From: Vicugna vicugna
Lineage: Eukaryota
Direction of reading: 5' to 3'
Assembly (NCBI GenBank): GCA_013265495.1
Contig: MU058337.1
Span: 3,962,880-4,026,879 of the forward strand
DNA: 64,000 nt
Below are positions 13,136-27,535 of the stretch, in pieces (the stretch's first letter is position 1; every line of letters begins with the position of its first letter). Under the pieces are notes generated by a model. That model was not told where the DNA came from. It saw only the letters and a program-made list of their open reading frames with translations, and did not search any database. Position numbers and translations under genes: made by a program.

Positions 13136-13829
13136 ACTACAATGCAAAGAGCTCATCTACAAATGGTAAAGAGGGGAATGATGTCAGGATAGCAAAGATG
13201 GTACACTGCTTCATAAGCTGTCCTCCCCACTTCTTAATATTTACAACCACCAAGTGAGAGCCACTGATCACAGAGCAGGCAAATCCAGCTGAATGGAGGC
13301 AGCACGCTCACAGGGCCCAGTTCCCCACATCCTCTGCTCTTGGCTTGACCATCTACCAACCTGGAGGCCTTTTCATGTGCTTCTCGTCAGTCTTTGGACC
13401 CTTTGCTCTTTTCTCCAAATTCAGCAGGCTAAACACTTCCTCACACCCCATCCGTCATCCTACGTTCAGATTGTGATGAAGCCCTATATGGACTTCAGTG
13501 CTTTTTTGTGTGGTAGGAATCTGTTTCTTTTTAACTATTCATGCGTTTATTAGAATAATTATTGTTCTTTTCAGTGTTTTACTGTATCTTAGTGGTAGGG
13601 CATAAGTATGCTGTGTCATAGCTTACAATGGAAGGGAGTGTAAGAAAGTGTATAAAATCCAGTAGCCATAAAGGAAAACCTTGACGTTTCTGTCTGTACA
13701 ACAATTTAATATACAACTGCATATGAGCATACAGCCTGGGAGAAATTTTTACAATACATGCAACAAGCAAATGATTTATAACCATAATGTAAATATGGAT
13801 TTTAATCCTAATTAATATGGAAAAATAAT

Positions 13830-13970
13830 AAACTAGAAAAAATGGGCTAAAGAAACTAATAAGCAACACAAAAAGAAAAGAGAAAAATGACTAGAAAACA
13901 TATGAAAACGTACTCAAACTAATTAGCAATGAAAAGGGCTCAAATTAAACAATGAGATAGTGTTTTTCTG
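13830..13970 (+). mobile_element. Old L1 ORF2 3' fragment
   Basis: aaaaatgggctaaagaaactaataag...aaacatatgaaaacgtactcaa...caaattaaacaatgagata. Confidence 0.6.
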
Positions 13971-14241
13971 CCTTGAGATGGCTTAAAGCAGTCGGGAAAG
14001 GCACCTGCTCTAATAGTGCTTATGTCTCAAGGGGAGAGGAGAGTCAGGGAAGAGACAAATGGCCCGTCGTTCCCTTATTCTCTATGGTGTTTCCTTGTTC
14101 ACTGTGAGTATGTATTGTTTAGGCAGTTGGATTTTTTTTATGTAAATTTTAATGGAAAAGTCATTATGGGCTAATGTATATGGTCAGAAGAGGCTTCACA
14201 GTGCAGGAGATGTCTGGGCTTAAGGGATAGAAGGACTTGGG

Positions 14242-14456
14242 CATTGGTTCTCGATGGGGGGGCAGTGTGGCCCACTGGGGACGTTTGGAGGCATTTGTGG
14301 TTAGTACCAGGGAGGGCTGTACTGCCGTCCAGTGAGTGGAGAGGCCAGGAATGCTGCTAAACATCTTACAGTACACAGGACAACCGCCCCCCCCCACCCC
14401 AGAGAACCATCCAGCCCAAACTATCCATCAGCAGTACCATGGTTGAGAAACCCTTG
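14242..14456 (+). mobile_element. MER20 hAT-Charlie DNA transposon
   Basis: cattggttctc...gaggccaggaatgctgctaaacatcttacagtacacaggaca...ggttgagaaaccct. Confidence 0.88.
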
Positions 14457-16214
14457 TTTAGACAAAGAGATGATGCATGTTTCCAAAGGAGAGGGATCTG
14501 AGCAAAGTCGCAGAGGAGAGGATGCCCGCGGTGTGAACAGTCAGCCCTGTCCACACCAGCCTCACCAGAGCGGATGTCTCCAGTGTCCTTGGGGGGCCCT
14601 CTGCACAGCACTGATGCACTCCTAAGAATGCTCTGCTCTTCAGGGGACGAAGCAGAGGGAAAAGAGAAAAACAGCATTAAAGCTGTTTTGGTTGACTTGC
14701 ATTACTTCAGACTTCTTCCATTCGATTTTATAGCCTATAATTACTTTAAAGATTTCCATTTTAATCAAGACTATTTACTGCACTTTAGAAGTCTGTTCTG
14801 CATAAAATAATACCACATGTATATAATAACATTTTGAATGTTCAATCTGATGCTTTTCTAAAAAAAATGGGTTCCACAAAAAATGATTAGTAAGTAGTTC
14901 TGTCTGATACGCTGGATTAGTGAGGCCTGGCATGAGGAAAAAATGGCTCAGAGAATAAAACATTAATTTTTAGTGAAACTCGTGCCACAGAGTGCCAAAA
15001 TATACTCTGGCAAGTGATTTCCGTGTAGCTGGTGAAACTGGGAATCACTGGATACAGGACTATTGGCCAGGATGATAATTATTTGAACCCAAATGGATAC
15101 CCCTGCCATTGCAGCAACCTCGCAGAGCAAAGTTTTAGTTCACATTCTCCAGGCATCTCATTAGGTTAACTGTGAAAAGCAGACAGATGTGACTTCCTTT
15201 GTCAAAACAAACATCTTTTCAAGGCCTGCTGCAGGTGGATGATTTGGTAGCAAGAAAGCTATGCTACGGTGATACTTTTTTTTTTTTAAATGATTTAACC
15301 AGGGTTAGCAGCATACAGAGAATAAGACATAACAGTTTACATTTTCCAAAGATATTGTCAGCAATACTATGGTTGTCCCAAGATCTCAATCCCCCATTAC
15401 CTAGCTTTCTAGGGATAATGTCCAAAACCCCCTTTAATTTACCAGAGTAAACCTGTGGTTTGACAGAATGCACCAATAAATTGCAAAATCTGGGCTAACC
15501 TGGCAGATACGCTGAGCAAATGCATCTCAATAGTCCAGTGGGACCATCTTAAACATCTTCAGCAACTGGAGAAAAAAGGAAGGGACATCCATCTCCCTTA
15601 GCCTAGGCAGCTACAAACATGTGAGTCATTAGCTCAGCTGAGGAGAGCATTGTGTTAAAGAGGCCAAAGGCTCAGTTCAATGCCTGTGGCCCATTTCGTT
15701 CTCTTCCATTACATGGCCCCAGTATCTACATCGGTAAAACTCCTTGAGCTCAGGGACCCAATGGAAAATTGTAGATGAAACAAAACAAAAATAGGACATG
15801 GAAGATGACAAGCCCTTTGGATGGATTAGGAAAAATGTATGCACAGAACTCCGTCAACTAATCAACTTTTCACGTAGCGTTATCTGAATTTTTCCTACAA
15901 ATCTGCATTCGAATGGAAATCACTTTGTAAGAGAAAGCACTTTTGTGAAAATAGACTATTCAATAGAAATTAAATGTCCAACTTATGTACTGTCACGAAG
16001 ATGAGCAACTTTTGAATGAAACTTTTTACTTCTCATCTGGTTTTCTTATTCTCCTATATATAGAAAGCGAGATTAGAAGGAAATGAGAGAAATTCCATAC
16101 ACTGTACTTTGCCACCTCCATCTCTTCTCTTCTTGATAATAGGATGGTTGATGGACACATTCACCCTACCACAGACTCTCCCTCACCAAAAATTCTTAAG
16201 TAGCACTGTCATAA

Positions 16215-16376
16215 CTTGCTTTCCAAGTGTGATCCATGAACCAACATTGTCGAAATCACTTGAGAATTTGTTAGAACTGCAAGATCTCAGGCCCCTTTCA
16301 GATACATTGATTCAAAATTGCCAGTTGACATCATGCCCAGATGACTCTTATGTGTATGAAAGTTTGAGAAGCACTG
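16215..16376 (+). mobile_element. MER5-type hAT-Charlie MITE
   Basis: gaaatcacttgagaatttgttagaactgcaagatctcaggcccc...gaaagtttgagaagcactg. Confidence 0.75.
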
Positions 16377-19300
16377 CCCTAACAGAGATCTGGAAAATGA
16401 CCAGCAGTTCACCCAGGTCACTTCTGTCCGCTCGCCTGTCCACAGCAGCCATTCCATGAAGTGCCAGTCACCTGCTTTACAAAGTCGACCTCACTGGGTG
16501 GTGTTTTATGGTTGACCTGTTTGATGAGAATTCTTTTCAGAGCTTATCAACATTTCATGTGATGTCACAGGCATCAAGATGTCTAAATAATCAGTAGCAG
16601 AGAGCAACCAACAAAGGTTTTCCAGTTCAAGGTATTCCTTCACCTGTGAGTGAAAATCAAAGGCTGCCTTAAATACAAATACGACATGCCAAGTATGTTG
16701 ATTAACCAGCTAAACGTAAATGGCTGACTGGGCTCACAGCGTGTAAAACTGCCGTCTGAAGCTGTCGCACTGTGGACCGAACAATGGAAAACTTTATTTT
16801 GTGATTTAACTTGTTAGCTAATAAAAATGGTCAATATAGAAATATTTTTATCTTTGATGGTTTCTGTGCACAAGTACCCTTTTCAAAAGTTTGGGATGAT
16901 CCAGTGATTACATATAGGACACAGGAAAGTCCATTGAATACATCATCTTTTTAATAAACTGTTACTTGAAGAATCCATTTAGAATGACGTATCAAGTATT
17001 TCTGTATTTTAAAACCTAAAGCCAAGAATGAAACCACTTTTAAGAAAAGGAGTAGAGGTTCAGGAAACCAAGAGCTCCAGACGTAGAGCTCGGCGTTTAC
17101 AGCTCAGCCCTTTGTTTCAGTATTTAATGAAGTAAATGTGTACAGGTAGAATTTCGCTTGTTTTCATTTGAGACATACATTTTTTACTTGCAGCGCTGTG
17201 TAGAACTCATTTCTAACCTAAATTCCGACTCTTCTTGCTCTGTCCTCTCGTTTCTTTTTTTTTAAATTATCTGGTTGGCTTAACAGTGTTACACTGTGCT
17301 CTGTCAAAAATCAGAACAGAGGTCATAAAAAAATAACAAGGGTGATTTCTTTGATCTGGCAACAATCAATCAAGTGGATTTTTTTTTCTTCTTGGGTGGT
17401 TGTCTATTGCAAATAGTCCTTTGTTAGGAAGACGGATTCCTCCGTGTCCAGTCCTCTGAGCTCAGGCTTGGTCCAGACATCTGACTGTTGTGTATTGGGA
17501 TATTGATATGTACGCACTAATGCTGCAAGCTTCCAGGGCATGGAAAGGGGGCCCCTATGGCGCCAGGATGGAAGTACTTACTGAATAAATAAGCAAATGA
17601 GTTACCATGAAAGCCAGCTAATGACTCAACTGGCAGGCTCACAGTTCAGACCAGCCAGTCTCATTCTGCTCTGCCTTGTCTTTCTTTGCCACAGGCCACC
17701 ACCACGCATTCCATAGTAATTTTCAAAAACATTGCTAGACTAGGTTTATGTCTCTTCTGATTTGGCAGACACACTGTATATTTACTGCGATGAAAGAATA
17801 CTGTCATTAAATCCACCAACAGCTGACAGTTGGAAAAGGAATTCCAATGTGGAAATCCCCACTTGTGACAACCTTTTATCATCACAAAGATGAGAACTCT
17901 GACCAGTTCTCGTAGGAAAGTAAAGGGATGGCAAATAAACCTGGACTGAGTTTATACTCATTACAGCAAACGAAAGCAAATGCCTACGTTGAAGAGTAGA
18001 GATTCAAGCAGATTCTGACTTTCTACAGGAAACTGCATTGACAATCAGTTTACTGGGGTTGATTTTTGGTTTTGGACCTCTGATATGGTTAGAGTATTAA
18101 TTTCCTTAAACCAGAGGTTTTTCTAAACATACTGGTCTTGACCTCATATCAGAAAGTTGGAGGGCAAGTTTACATCTCCCCGAGATTCATCTCTTTTCAG
18201 TATGCAGGCCAAAAACTTGGTATCAGGTTTAGGCTTTTGGAATTTATCTTAGCTGTTTACAGTTTTAATGGTTACCCGTCTGTGTAGAAGTTGGCATCTG
18301 TGAATTTGCCTTGCAGCAGGCTCTCAAAGTGCATTTACAAACGGAGTCAATATAATTGCTGAGGAAAACCTATTCCTCTCCCTTTACTTTTCTCCCCAGA
18401 CCAAGTGTTAAGAGCATTCCAAGGTTTCACTCCAGTACAAAATCTACTGAAGGTGGAAAAAGAAAAGTCAAGATAAAGTTTATAAAATGTATCTATTAAT
18501 GTTTTAACGTGGATAGAACTGCCAAGAAGGAATGGGGTATAACCATCCTGGTTGTATGATTGTCCAGATTTTACCTTGGGAAAACAAAAGTGTTTAGACT
18601 TTTGATGTAATCTCTCATTCATATCAATCATGAACATAAATGACATTTGGTTAGAAAGCAAACTCAAATCACATGTGTCATCATGCTATACAAAGTTATT
18701 TTTAGTTGATAATGCCACCTTATATTGAATTACTGTCTACCAACAGTAGACCCCATTTATAAACTTCATCTAAGAGTGACAGTATGACTTTCACACACTT
18801 TTTTTCTTTTAGATTCCTATCAACAAGGCCTCTAGGCAAATGTGCAGACAAAGTTCATGCACTCCTTTCCAACAGCTTTCTCAGTGACATTCCAGAAAGG
18901 ACTGTGGTAAAACAGTCTTGTCAGCAGATGGGAACTTCAATGTTTAATTTACATCAAAACCATCCATTTTCACTTGGCTTCACGTAACACCATTTACTAA
19001 TCTCAGGAGTAGAGAGTAACACAGAATCCTAACAATCAGCTGTGGGAAAGAATCGATCTGTTACCCAACAATGCGGAAAATCTAGTATTTACTATTGTAA
19101 ACATTTAAACACGTGTATTATATCAAACTACAGGATCGATGCAAAGGCCTTCAATCCTACTGTTAATATTAACCCAATAATTATTTTAGAAGACATCTAT
19201 TTAGGAATAATGTATGTTAAGTATAATGTAGAAAATTTAGCAAATATATTTTCATACCCCTCTCTCTGGCTTGACTGAAATATTTATCTACAATTTGTGA

Positions 19301-19514
19301 TACAGTACACAGCATTTTTTATTATTTGGTATTAACCAACCCTCTTACTTTAACAGGAAATTTGTAAATCACACCTTTTAATTATGATGTCAACATCAAA
19401 GATGATACTTCATGGAACAGATGTTTATGAAATGAAGCTTTATCTTCTCAACATCAATAAAAAGTAAAAGGTAAGGCCTTACTATGTTTGTGATGCCTCA
19501 ATCACATAAATAAA

Positions 19515-19655
19515 GGTTTAGAACTGGAAGACAGAGTTGAGATTTATAATCCAATCATTTTACAAATGGAGAATCTGAGAGCTGGCATTGTTAATTGACT
19601 TTCTCAAGGTCACAGAAGTTGTCAGAGGCAGATTGGGAACTAAACATCCCAGCCA
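19515..19655 (-). mobile_element. MIR SINE
   Basis: cattttacaaatggagaatctgag...gactttctcaaggtcacag. Confidence 0.7.
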
Positions 19656-20779
19656 ATCCACATGCCCATCTCTTCCCAAAGGATTTGGCATTTGACCTTG
19701 GAGCAATCATATCTTTAAAGATACACACACATGGCTCCAATTTGTCCATCTACTGAGAAGAAAACAAATGTTATATACACCCTTTCATTTTCCAAGTCTG
19801 TACTTTTCTAAGACAAGACAACTCTGGGCCCCATGAAGCCAGATGGGCTGAGTCTGCCCTGAAGCCAACTGGATGTCCACCTGTTAACCTTGATGTGGAC
19901 TCACTTTCATTTTAATGAAATATTAAAATATTGACATCTTCCTGGTAAGTGTAAAGGAAGATTTGAGCTTCTAAAGTCCTTCAGTCCACTGTGTCTGTGG
20001 GAACATTTCAGAATCTGGACATAGTTATATGGGTATCCAACAATCCAGTTAAAGGGTAAAAAATTATTAATAATTAATTAATAACTAGCCAATACTTTGG
20101 AATAAAGAGAAATTTCTCAAAACCTCTTTTTAGGCAACCTTTTTATATCTCTGGTGCCTAAAATAATGCTCAGCATTTAATAGGTTTATTGAGTGAACTA
20201 CTCATTGATGTTTACTCATTAAAGAATAAACCTATAAATAGGTCCAAGAAATAGGTCCACACACTAACTTACTGAAACCAATGCAACTTTAGGCAAAGGC
20301 TGGTGGATTTCTGAGGTACGCAACTTGGTTTACGCCTAGTAACTCAACATAGATGAGAAAGCCCAGATCCAGGTACAAGGTCAGCAGGCCTGGAAGTCTG
20401 ACTGGGATGTTTATGTTCAGGAATCAACTAAAACTAAGCACCATTAATAATTTGAACACAACTCAAAACCAGAGGTAAAAGAAAGAAATAACTTTAAGCC
20501 AATTCATACTGGCCTATGTAAAATGAATGGATATCTCTGGAGGTCTTGACTGGTAAGAAAGGAAACATAATCCCTTTCAATGTTCTGCAGATACACATGT
20601 GTTTAGAAATAATAGATGTGTTAGGTGTTCTAGATGTTTCCTTTACTGTCTCTCCTTTTCTGCCATTAAACTGAATGGTACTGTAGCTGAGTTGTGAGAA
20701 CCATTACATTTCTGTTCTATATCCAGATATGGCATAAGAACAAAAAGAAGAGTATATGAATAAGACATGAAGGTTCAAA

Positions 20780-21280
20780 ACAGGTTTTCAAGGTTGTTGG
20801 CCATGCATCCTTTCAGCAGTCCAATGGATTAACTTCAGAATAATACTTCTAAATGTGTGGAAAAATGTAAATATAAAATAGGCATAAAATAGTTAATGTA
20901 AATGTAATAAAAATGACTAAATAAGTATAAAGTATAAAAATAAAATTCCAAGGACTACAAAGAAAACAAATTATATTGGAATGGCCATGACAATCTGTTA
21001 AGAATAAACTACTATACGTTGTCAATAATGGTAAGTAAATGTCATTGCAAGATACCTGCAACAACTGAATTGTGATAGAAAAATACCTGTGCTTTTTATA
21101 GATGATGATGTCCACATATACCAGATATTTCTGTGATTGCCTGCATTCATAATTAAAGAAAATGTTCAATTTCAGTTAGAGGTAAACAAAAATAAACATG
21201 CAAACTTTTCCCATCCACGTTCGTGGAATCCCTAAGTTCTTTCCACAGACCCCCTGAGGTTGTGTAGATCCAGGTTGAGT
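20780..21280 (+). mobile_element. hAT-Charlie DNA transposon remnant (Charlie4-like)
   Basis: cagaataatacttctaaatg...aggactacaaagaaaacaaattatattg...tttcagttagagg...ttttcccatccacgttc...cacagacccc resembles Charlie-family consensus. Confidence 0.55.
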
Positions 21281-21289
21281 TTTGCTTGA

Positions 21290-21455
21290 TTTGGAGCAAG
21301 ACAGAGCCTGAGCTGGAATTCTAGCTCCGCCGTAGGAAGTTTTGGTGACCCTGGGTAGGTTGCTTACCTTCTGTGAGCTCCAAAAAATGGGAGCAGAAAT
21401 GCACGTGTCGTGGGAGAACGTGTGCAGCACAGTGCGCACGGTCTGGAATATGTTA
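21290..21455 (+). mobile_element. MIR SINE
   Basis: ttggagcaagacagagcctgagctggaattctagctcc...gtgaccctgggtaggttgcttaccttctgtgagc. Confidence 0.65.
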
Positions 21456-22389
21456 CTCTCTCAATGCGTTATGTCTTTGACTCCCAGTGGGATGATTTTT
21501 CTGTCTGGTAGTTTTATCTTTTAGGATAAGTTCCTTCACTTCTGTGTGAGCATGTGATATTCCCTCTCTATTGCTGAAAAGTATACTCTCCTTCATTTTA
21601 GCAACTTAATTCACAACAACAACAACAAAAAAAAATGTACTGAGGGAATCAAGATCCCCTGTGATTCTATAACAGCCCTAATACAAACTTTGTTAACACT
21701 AAAATCAAAGAACATTTCATAAGATAAACAAAATACCAAGTGTTTCACGCACCCAAATTCATACTTTTGGAGAGGAAGTAGGCATTGAATTTGGGGCACT
21801 AAGTCCCTTAGATCAATGAGACAGTATGGTGCCCCCAACAGTATATACCAGTTTTGATGTTGCTACTCTTATCGACTAGGTATTTGTACTTAATTGACAC
21901 AAAATTCTCAAGCTTCAGAATAGCTAAGCAGAAGATGATTTTGTTTTAGTAGGGAGCCTTTCATTTCTAGAATCTTGTAACTGGCCAGAGGCTATTGTCA
22001 ATCTAACCTGTGTTGAGGGTCATCATGTGGAGGCACAGAATGGGAGAAAGAGAAGAAATTCTAGCAGTTATAATCCACAATCATCTTAAGTGAGAAAATG
22101 CATATTAAATCATTGTGAAATGTTTTTCAAATCATCAATTCAAGTGTAATTTTTATTAATGACACTGATTTCTGCACCTTCAAAGTAAAACATGGAGAGT
22201 GAAACAACATGCTAAGGATTTTTGTGAAGCAGAAAATTCTGTTTCCTCCAGGAATGAGTCAACAAAAATAAGATTTTCTTCCCTGCGTTTGAGGGATGCA
22301 TTAATATATCATTTCATGCTGGAAGAGACATATGAAAACTTCGTCAATATTGTTATAAAAACAAAAGTGAAAGAAAAAAAATGAGCTCC

Positions 22390-23515
22390 AGTTTAAAAGC
22401 ATCTTCACAGCAAAAAAAACAAACAAAACTATTAACTTAAAAGTCAACCTACAGAATGGGAGGAAAAAATTTGCAAACCATGTATCGGAAAAATATGTAA
22501 GGAATTCATGTAACTCAATAAAAAAAAAGTTCAGCTTTTTAAATGGGCAGAGGAACTAAGTAAACATTTTTCCAAAGAAGACATTCATATGGTCAACAAG
22601 TACATGAAAAGGTGTTCGACATCACCAATCATCAGGGATAGGCAAGTAAAAAGCACAATGAGTTAGTGCCTCACACCTGTTAGAATGGCTACCATCAAGA
22701 AGACCAGAGACAGCAAGTCTGGGCAGTGTCAGTGAGGATGTGGAGAAAAGTCAACCCTCGTACACTGTTGGTGGGCATGTGCACTGCTTCAATCGCTATG
22801 GAAAACAAAATGGAAGCTCTTCAAAAATTTTAAAATAGATCTACCATATAATCCAGCAGATCCACTTGTGGGTGCATACCCACAGGAAATAAAAATAAGA
22901 TGGTGGAGATACATACGCACTCTCATGTTAATTACAGCATTATTCATAATAGCCAAGACATGGAACAACCTAAGTGCCTGTCAGTGGATGGATGGATAAA
23001 GAAGCTGTGGTCATGTATACAACAGAATAGGATTCAGCCATGAAAAAGAGGGTCATCGGCCATTTGTGACAACATGGATGAACTTACGGACATTATGCTA
23101 AGTGAGGTAAGTCAGAGAAAGCCAAATACTCTATGAAATCACGTATTTGAGGAATCTAAAAAAGCCAAATTCACAAAAGCAGAAAGTGAAATAATATTTA
23201 GTAGGGGCTGGGGGGTGGGGGGAGATAGGATAGATGTTTAAGAGTATGAACTTACAACAAGTAGCCAGTAAGTCCTACAGATCTAAGGCACAGCATAGTG
23301 AATAGAGACAACAGTATTGTGTTACAAACATCCAACTTGCTAAGAGACTAGATCTTAATTATTCCACCCACTAAAAGCAAATGATAATTATATGACATGA
23401 TAGAGGTGTTAATTACCACTACAATGGCAATCAGATAGTATATAAATGTACTAAATCAAATGTTGTACACCTTAAATTTACACACTGTTATATGTCAAAT
23501 ATACATCAATAAAAA
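22390..23515 (+). mobile_element. 5'-truncated L1 (L1MA-type): degenerate ORF2 C-terminus plus 3' UTR
   Basis: caacctacagaatgggagg, cacacctgttagaatggctaccatcaag and atagccaagacatggaacaacctaagtg; the 3' UTR ends tatatgtcaaatatacatcaataaaaa. Confidence 0.92.
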
Positions 23516-23984
23516 TACAGATTTTTAAGCATTTAATTAGAATTAATGTTGGAACAAAAACCCTAAATTATCCTTTAATTTCTTGTAAATGCTTTTGCCT
23601 ATGATGAATTTGAGGAAATTTAGAATGAAGAGTATATTGGTAGAATAAAATTATACTATGAATTTAAAAAATAAAGATCTTTGATTTTCAAGTAAAAAAA
23701 TTGTTATTAATTGTAGTTCATTAAAATTTTGGAAACCTTCCAATGGCCAGGAGATTTGCTTTTCCTAAGGACTGAAACACATAAATTATGCCAACAGGTC
23801 TTTAATAAGTTTTTTACTCTTTCTAGAAAATGGAAGACATCCCTTTTAACTATTAAGAGGGAGAATGTCCTTTTTATTGCCATGAATATTTCAAATCTTA
23901 CTTTTGTGTTCTATATATTGTACCATTTAGTTCAAGTTTTCTTTTTTAATTTCTTATCTACCAAGCCTAGATTCCAAATTATAT

Positions 23985-24178
23985 GAATCTATAAAACCTC
24001 GTGTGCTGTAATGATGTGATCTTGGACAAATTATTTATCTCTCTAAGACTCAATTTGCTCAACTGTACAATGGAAATAATAATAGTAATCAGGTAAGGTT
24101 GTTTGAAGTTTTTGAGAAAATGTGTAACAGATGGCAAGAAGCCTGGCACCGAGAAGTACCCCATAAATAATAATGACT
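23985..24178 (+). mobile_element. MIR SINE
   Basis: tgtgatcttggacaaattatttatctctctaagactcaatttgctcaactgtacaatggaaataataatag...gcctggcac. Confidence 0.8.
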
Positions 24179-24644
24179 ATTTTTCTTATCTTCAGAAGCT
24201 TTGATAGCCTTGGCTTCTGGGTGAAATGCCTGCATTGTTTAATTGCATATAATCCACCAAATGTCTCACCACTCACAACGTGTACTGTCTTTATAAATCA
24301 CCTGCTGTTGGAAACTCAAGAAAAAAAATCAAGAATTTGACTTAAATATTTTTACATATGAGTCAAGTAAGTACAATCAAAAACCATATTATGATTAAAA
24401 GAAGGAATTTTGCTTCATGTTCTGTGGTTCTAAATCCCAAATTTCCTTTTTGTATTTAATCTATTATGATTTATAGATACAATTTTTCTCTGTATGGGGA
24501 AAGGTGATATACTATTCCATGAATCATTGAAAATACAAATAAAATTAGTATTCCAATTTTTTACAGAAATTATTACTTTTTAAAAATACTTCTGCTTGAA
24601 GTATACTTTTCTAAGATAACAAATGATTTCATGTCAAACGAACA

Positions 24645-25075
24645 GTAATTACATAGCACTTTACATTTTACACAGTTACACATAAAGGACAAAATGTTAT
24701 AAAAATATTTACCAGGCACCATAAACCTTATAACAGGGACGAGCATGATTACGACCCTAGAGATAAGGAAGTCATGTTCAGACCCACTGGCTCTTCATGG
24801 AAGTCCAGTCGTGCAGCCAGTTAGTGGCAGAATTTAAAATGCAGGTGTAATGGGCTGGTACACTGACCCTCAAAAAAAAAAAAAAGCCACATTTGTCAAT
24901 ACTCATAGCCTGATATGGTCCACAATGACCAATTTAAGCTACTAATAATTTAACAACCAGCTTGTAGAACTCCTGAACGTATTCATCTCTTCAGCCCTCG
25001 TGAGCTGTTACCAACGGATTTACACACACCACTGAGGCTGGTCTCCTGACTCATAGATCAGTGCTCTCTCCTCTT
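24645..25075 (-). mobile_element. MIR SINE interrupted by a hAT MITE
   Basis: atttacatagcactttacatttacacag...gccagttagtggcagaatt on the left; ggtctcctgactcatagatcagtgctct continues right of the insertion. Confidence 0.5.
24845..25034. mobile_element. Ancient hAT-type MITE (MamRep38/MamRep1894-like)
   Basis: tttaacaaccagcttgtagaactcctg...cacacaccactg resembles the reverse complement of the CAGTGGTGTGCTGG terminus of old hAT MITEs. Confidence 0.5.
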
Positions 25076-25189
25076 CACAAGGCCATCTCCCCAACATGCA
25101 TCACTGATATGTCCAAAAATAATGTGTGTTTTTTTCTAATTCCTTTTGTTTTTACATCTGTATGTTTCTATTGTGGACACGAGCATGAG

Positions 25190-25435
25190 TTGCAGAGTTA
25201 AGCCCACCTCAGTTCAAATTCTGGATTTCAGTACCTCTAAGCTGTGAACCTGACTTCGGGTAATTGACTTAATTTCTCTGTGCTCAATTTACTCATCTGT
25301 GGAATGATGGTAGCAAAAGCTAATAATAGCACCTACTTTATAGGGTGGTTGGAAAGTTTACGTGAAATATGTATGAAGAGCTTAGAATAGTGCCTGGCAT
25401 AAAGTAAGCACTCCAGACATGGTCGCTTGTTAATA
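25190..25435 (+). mobile_element. MIR SINE
   Basis: gttcaaattctgg...ttaatttctctgtgctcaatttactcatctgtggaatg...cttagaatagtgcctggcataaagtaagcactc. Confidence 0.85.
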
Positions 25436-26459
25436 CTAATGATAGAACTTTTAAGTAAACATAGAAAATATTAACATACAGTAAGCATTTAACGCTTATG
25501 GCTTCTAAGTGGCAGAACTGAGATTAGAGATTCCATACTCCTCACCATACTATCTCTCAATACATATTTTAATAAAATGGATTAACACATTAACAGATAA
25601 TCACCCTGTGGTAGGATTATGGGTTTTCTTTATATTTTCTTTATCATATTTTTCATATTTTAAAAACTGTTTGAAATATTACTTCTCCATGTATATGAGG
25701 ATGTGTCTGTATAAATGCAACCATGTACACATGCAAAAGCTTTTATAAATAGAGATATAGCTGACCTAATGAAGGCAACCTCGATCCGTGTCTATGCCTA
25801 TGGCTATTCTAAGGCTGTAATATGTATAATATCTAGTATATGTATGTATTTTATATATATCAGCTTTATATACTCTCCTTCCAGCTAGCCTTCTCAATAA
25901 AGAGATATAAGTCTACAGAGCATTAATGATAATTGTAGATTCTCCTGAAAATGTGGGTGGGATTATGTCACATAATAATCCAAAACCAAAAAATTGTATG
26001 GGGTGTCTTCCATCCTCCAAAGTACCTCTACAACGCCGTCGGCCCTCTCTCCTTTTCCCTTTTATAGGTTCTAAAGGCCACTATTATGTCCTGAGTGCTT
26101 TAGATTTCAAATGTCATTCAGCACAGTAAAAGTCAGGCCAGGCTCTGCCTACCTCTGCTCGAGTGGCTGTCTGTGTCAGCTCCAGTGGGACCCTTAGGTG
26201 GTTTATCCTTACGCCCACTCCAGAGCATTAACAAAACTTTCATTCACCCTACCCCCCACCAAAAGAAGAAATTGAAAAGCAGATGTCACAGCGGTTGGAG
26301 GGAAATCTGAGACTAACAAAATACATGTTGGCTTTTTGCCTGTTTAGAATATTACCAAATACCATATATTTGTCATCAGCACCTCCATTTAGCTATCATC
26401 TCAGTCTTTAGCTACGCAAGAGTGACTCAGTCCATTTAATCAAGCACATTTTGAGGAGT

Positions 26460-26580
26460 ATATTTCAGTCATTCATATTCGACAATTGCTTATTGGTGTC
26501 AAATACTGCATTAGATTCTAGATACAAACATCAACGAAAAATGGTCTCTGTTTCAGGGAACTTACAGTTTAACATGCAAG
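26460..26580 (-). mobile_element. L2 3' end fragment
   Basis: cattcatattcgacaattgcttattgg...tggtctctgtttcagggaacttacagttt. Confidence 0.55.
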
Positions 26581-27244
26581 ATAATAAGCGTGTTCAGAAT
26601 TCAAAAAAATGAGCCCTGGTTTATCAACACCCAAAAGTCATCTTCAGGGACTGAGAGATCTCGTTCCTTGGTTAACAAAGTACTAACAGTTTTTTAGAGA
26701 ATGAATGGTGAATGAATCAATAGGTGTAGGAAGAATGTTCCCAAGGAGGTTTGTAGCTTGAGTGTATTTATACCAAATAACTGTGTGATTAATGTACACA
26801 AGGATCTTCCTTCTGCTCCAAAGAAGCATTCCCAATATCAGAGCACCAGGCCAGACCAGAGGAAGGCAATAAATTGATTAGTTGCCAAGAGAACACAGAA
26901 TTAATTTGAAAAGGAAGGTTTTCTTTCTTTGTTTTATTTAGAAGACCCTCAGGAATCGAATTCCCAGAGAGAAACATGAACATTAGCTGGGAGAACTGAA
27001 GAAGGAAATGTGTAGCTTAAAAAAAGAGTTAAAATGAAAGAGATAAAGGGGACTCTGGTCCCTACAGAGTGATCCATGCTCGTGGATAAAAGGCGGTGCC
27101 CAGCAGCGAGCTCAGAGATGGAAAGGACACGTGGTCCCGGCACAGGCTTTCGTCAGAAAGGAGGAAAAAACAGCAGAGGACAGAACGTGGGAATAAATAC
27201 AAAAAAAGGATACAGATGTGTTACTACCCCCAGAAAAGAGGAGG

Positions 27245-27400
27245 CTGCTTTATGTGGTAATAAATCCCCATCTTTGAAAGCATTGGAAGAAGAGATGGAT
27301 AAACAAGGGTATAGCAGAGGTGATTCATTCAAGTACAGGGCTGGGCTAAGTGACATTGAGCACTTGGGGGTCATTCCAACGTGGAGAAAAGTCTATGATT
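27245..27400 (+). mobile_element. L3/CR1 LINE 3' end
   Basis: tccccatctttgaaagcattggaagaagagatggat...gggggtcattccaac...tctatgatt resembles the CR1/L3 3' terminus. Confidence 0.5.
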
Positions 27401-27535
27401 GTGTGACTGCTTTAAAACAAAAAAGGATGAGGCACATACTGAGAGCAAAAAGTGTAGGGAGACTCAGAGAGGAACAAAGAAAAGGAAGGAAGGGAGGGAG
27501 GGAGGAAAGAAAAGAAAAAGAAGGAAAGAAAGAAA

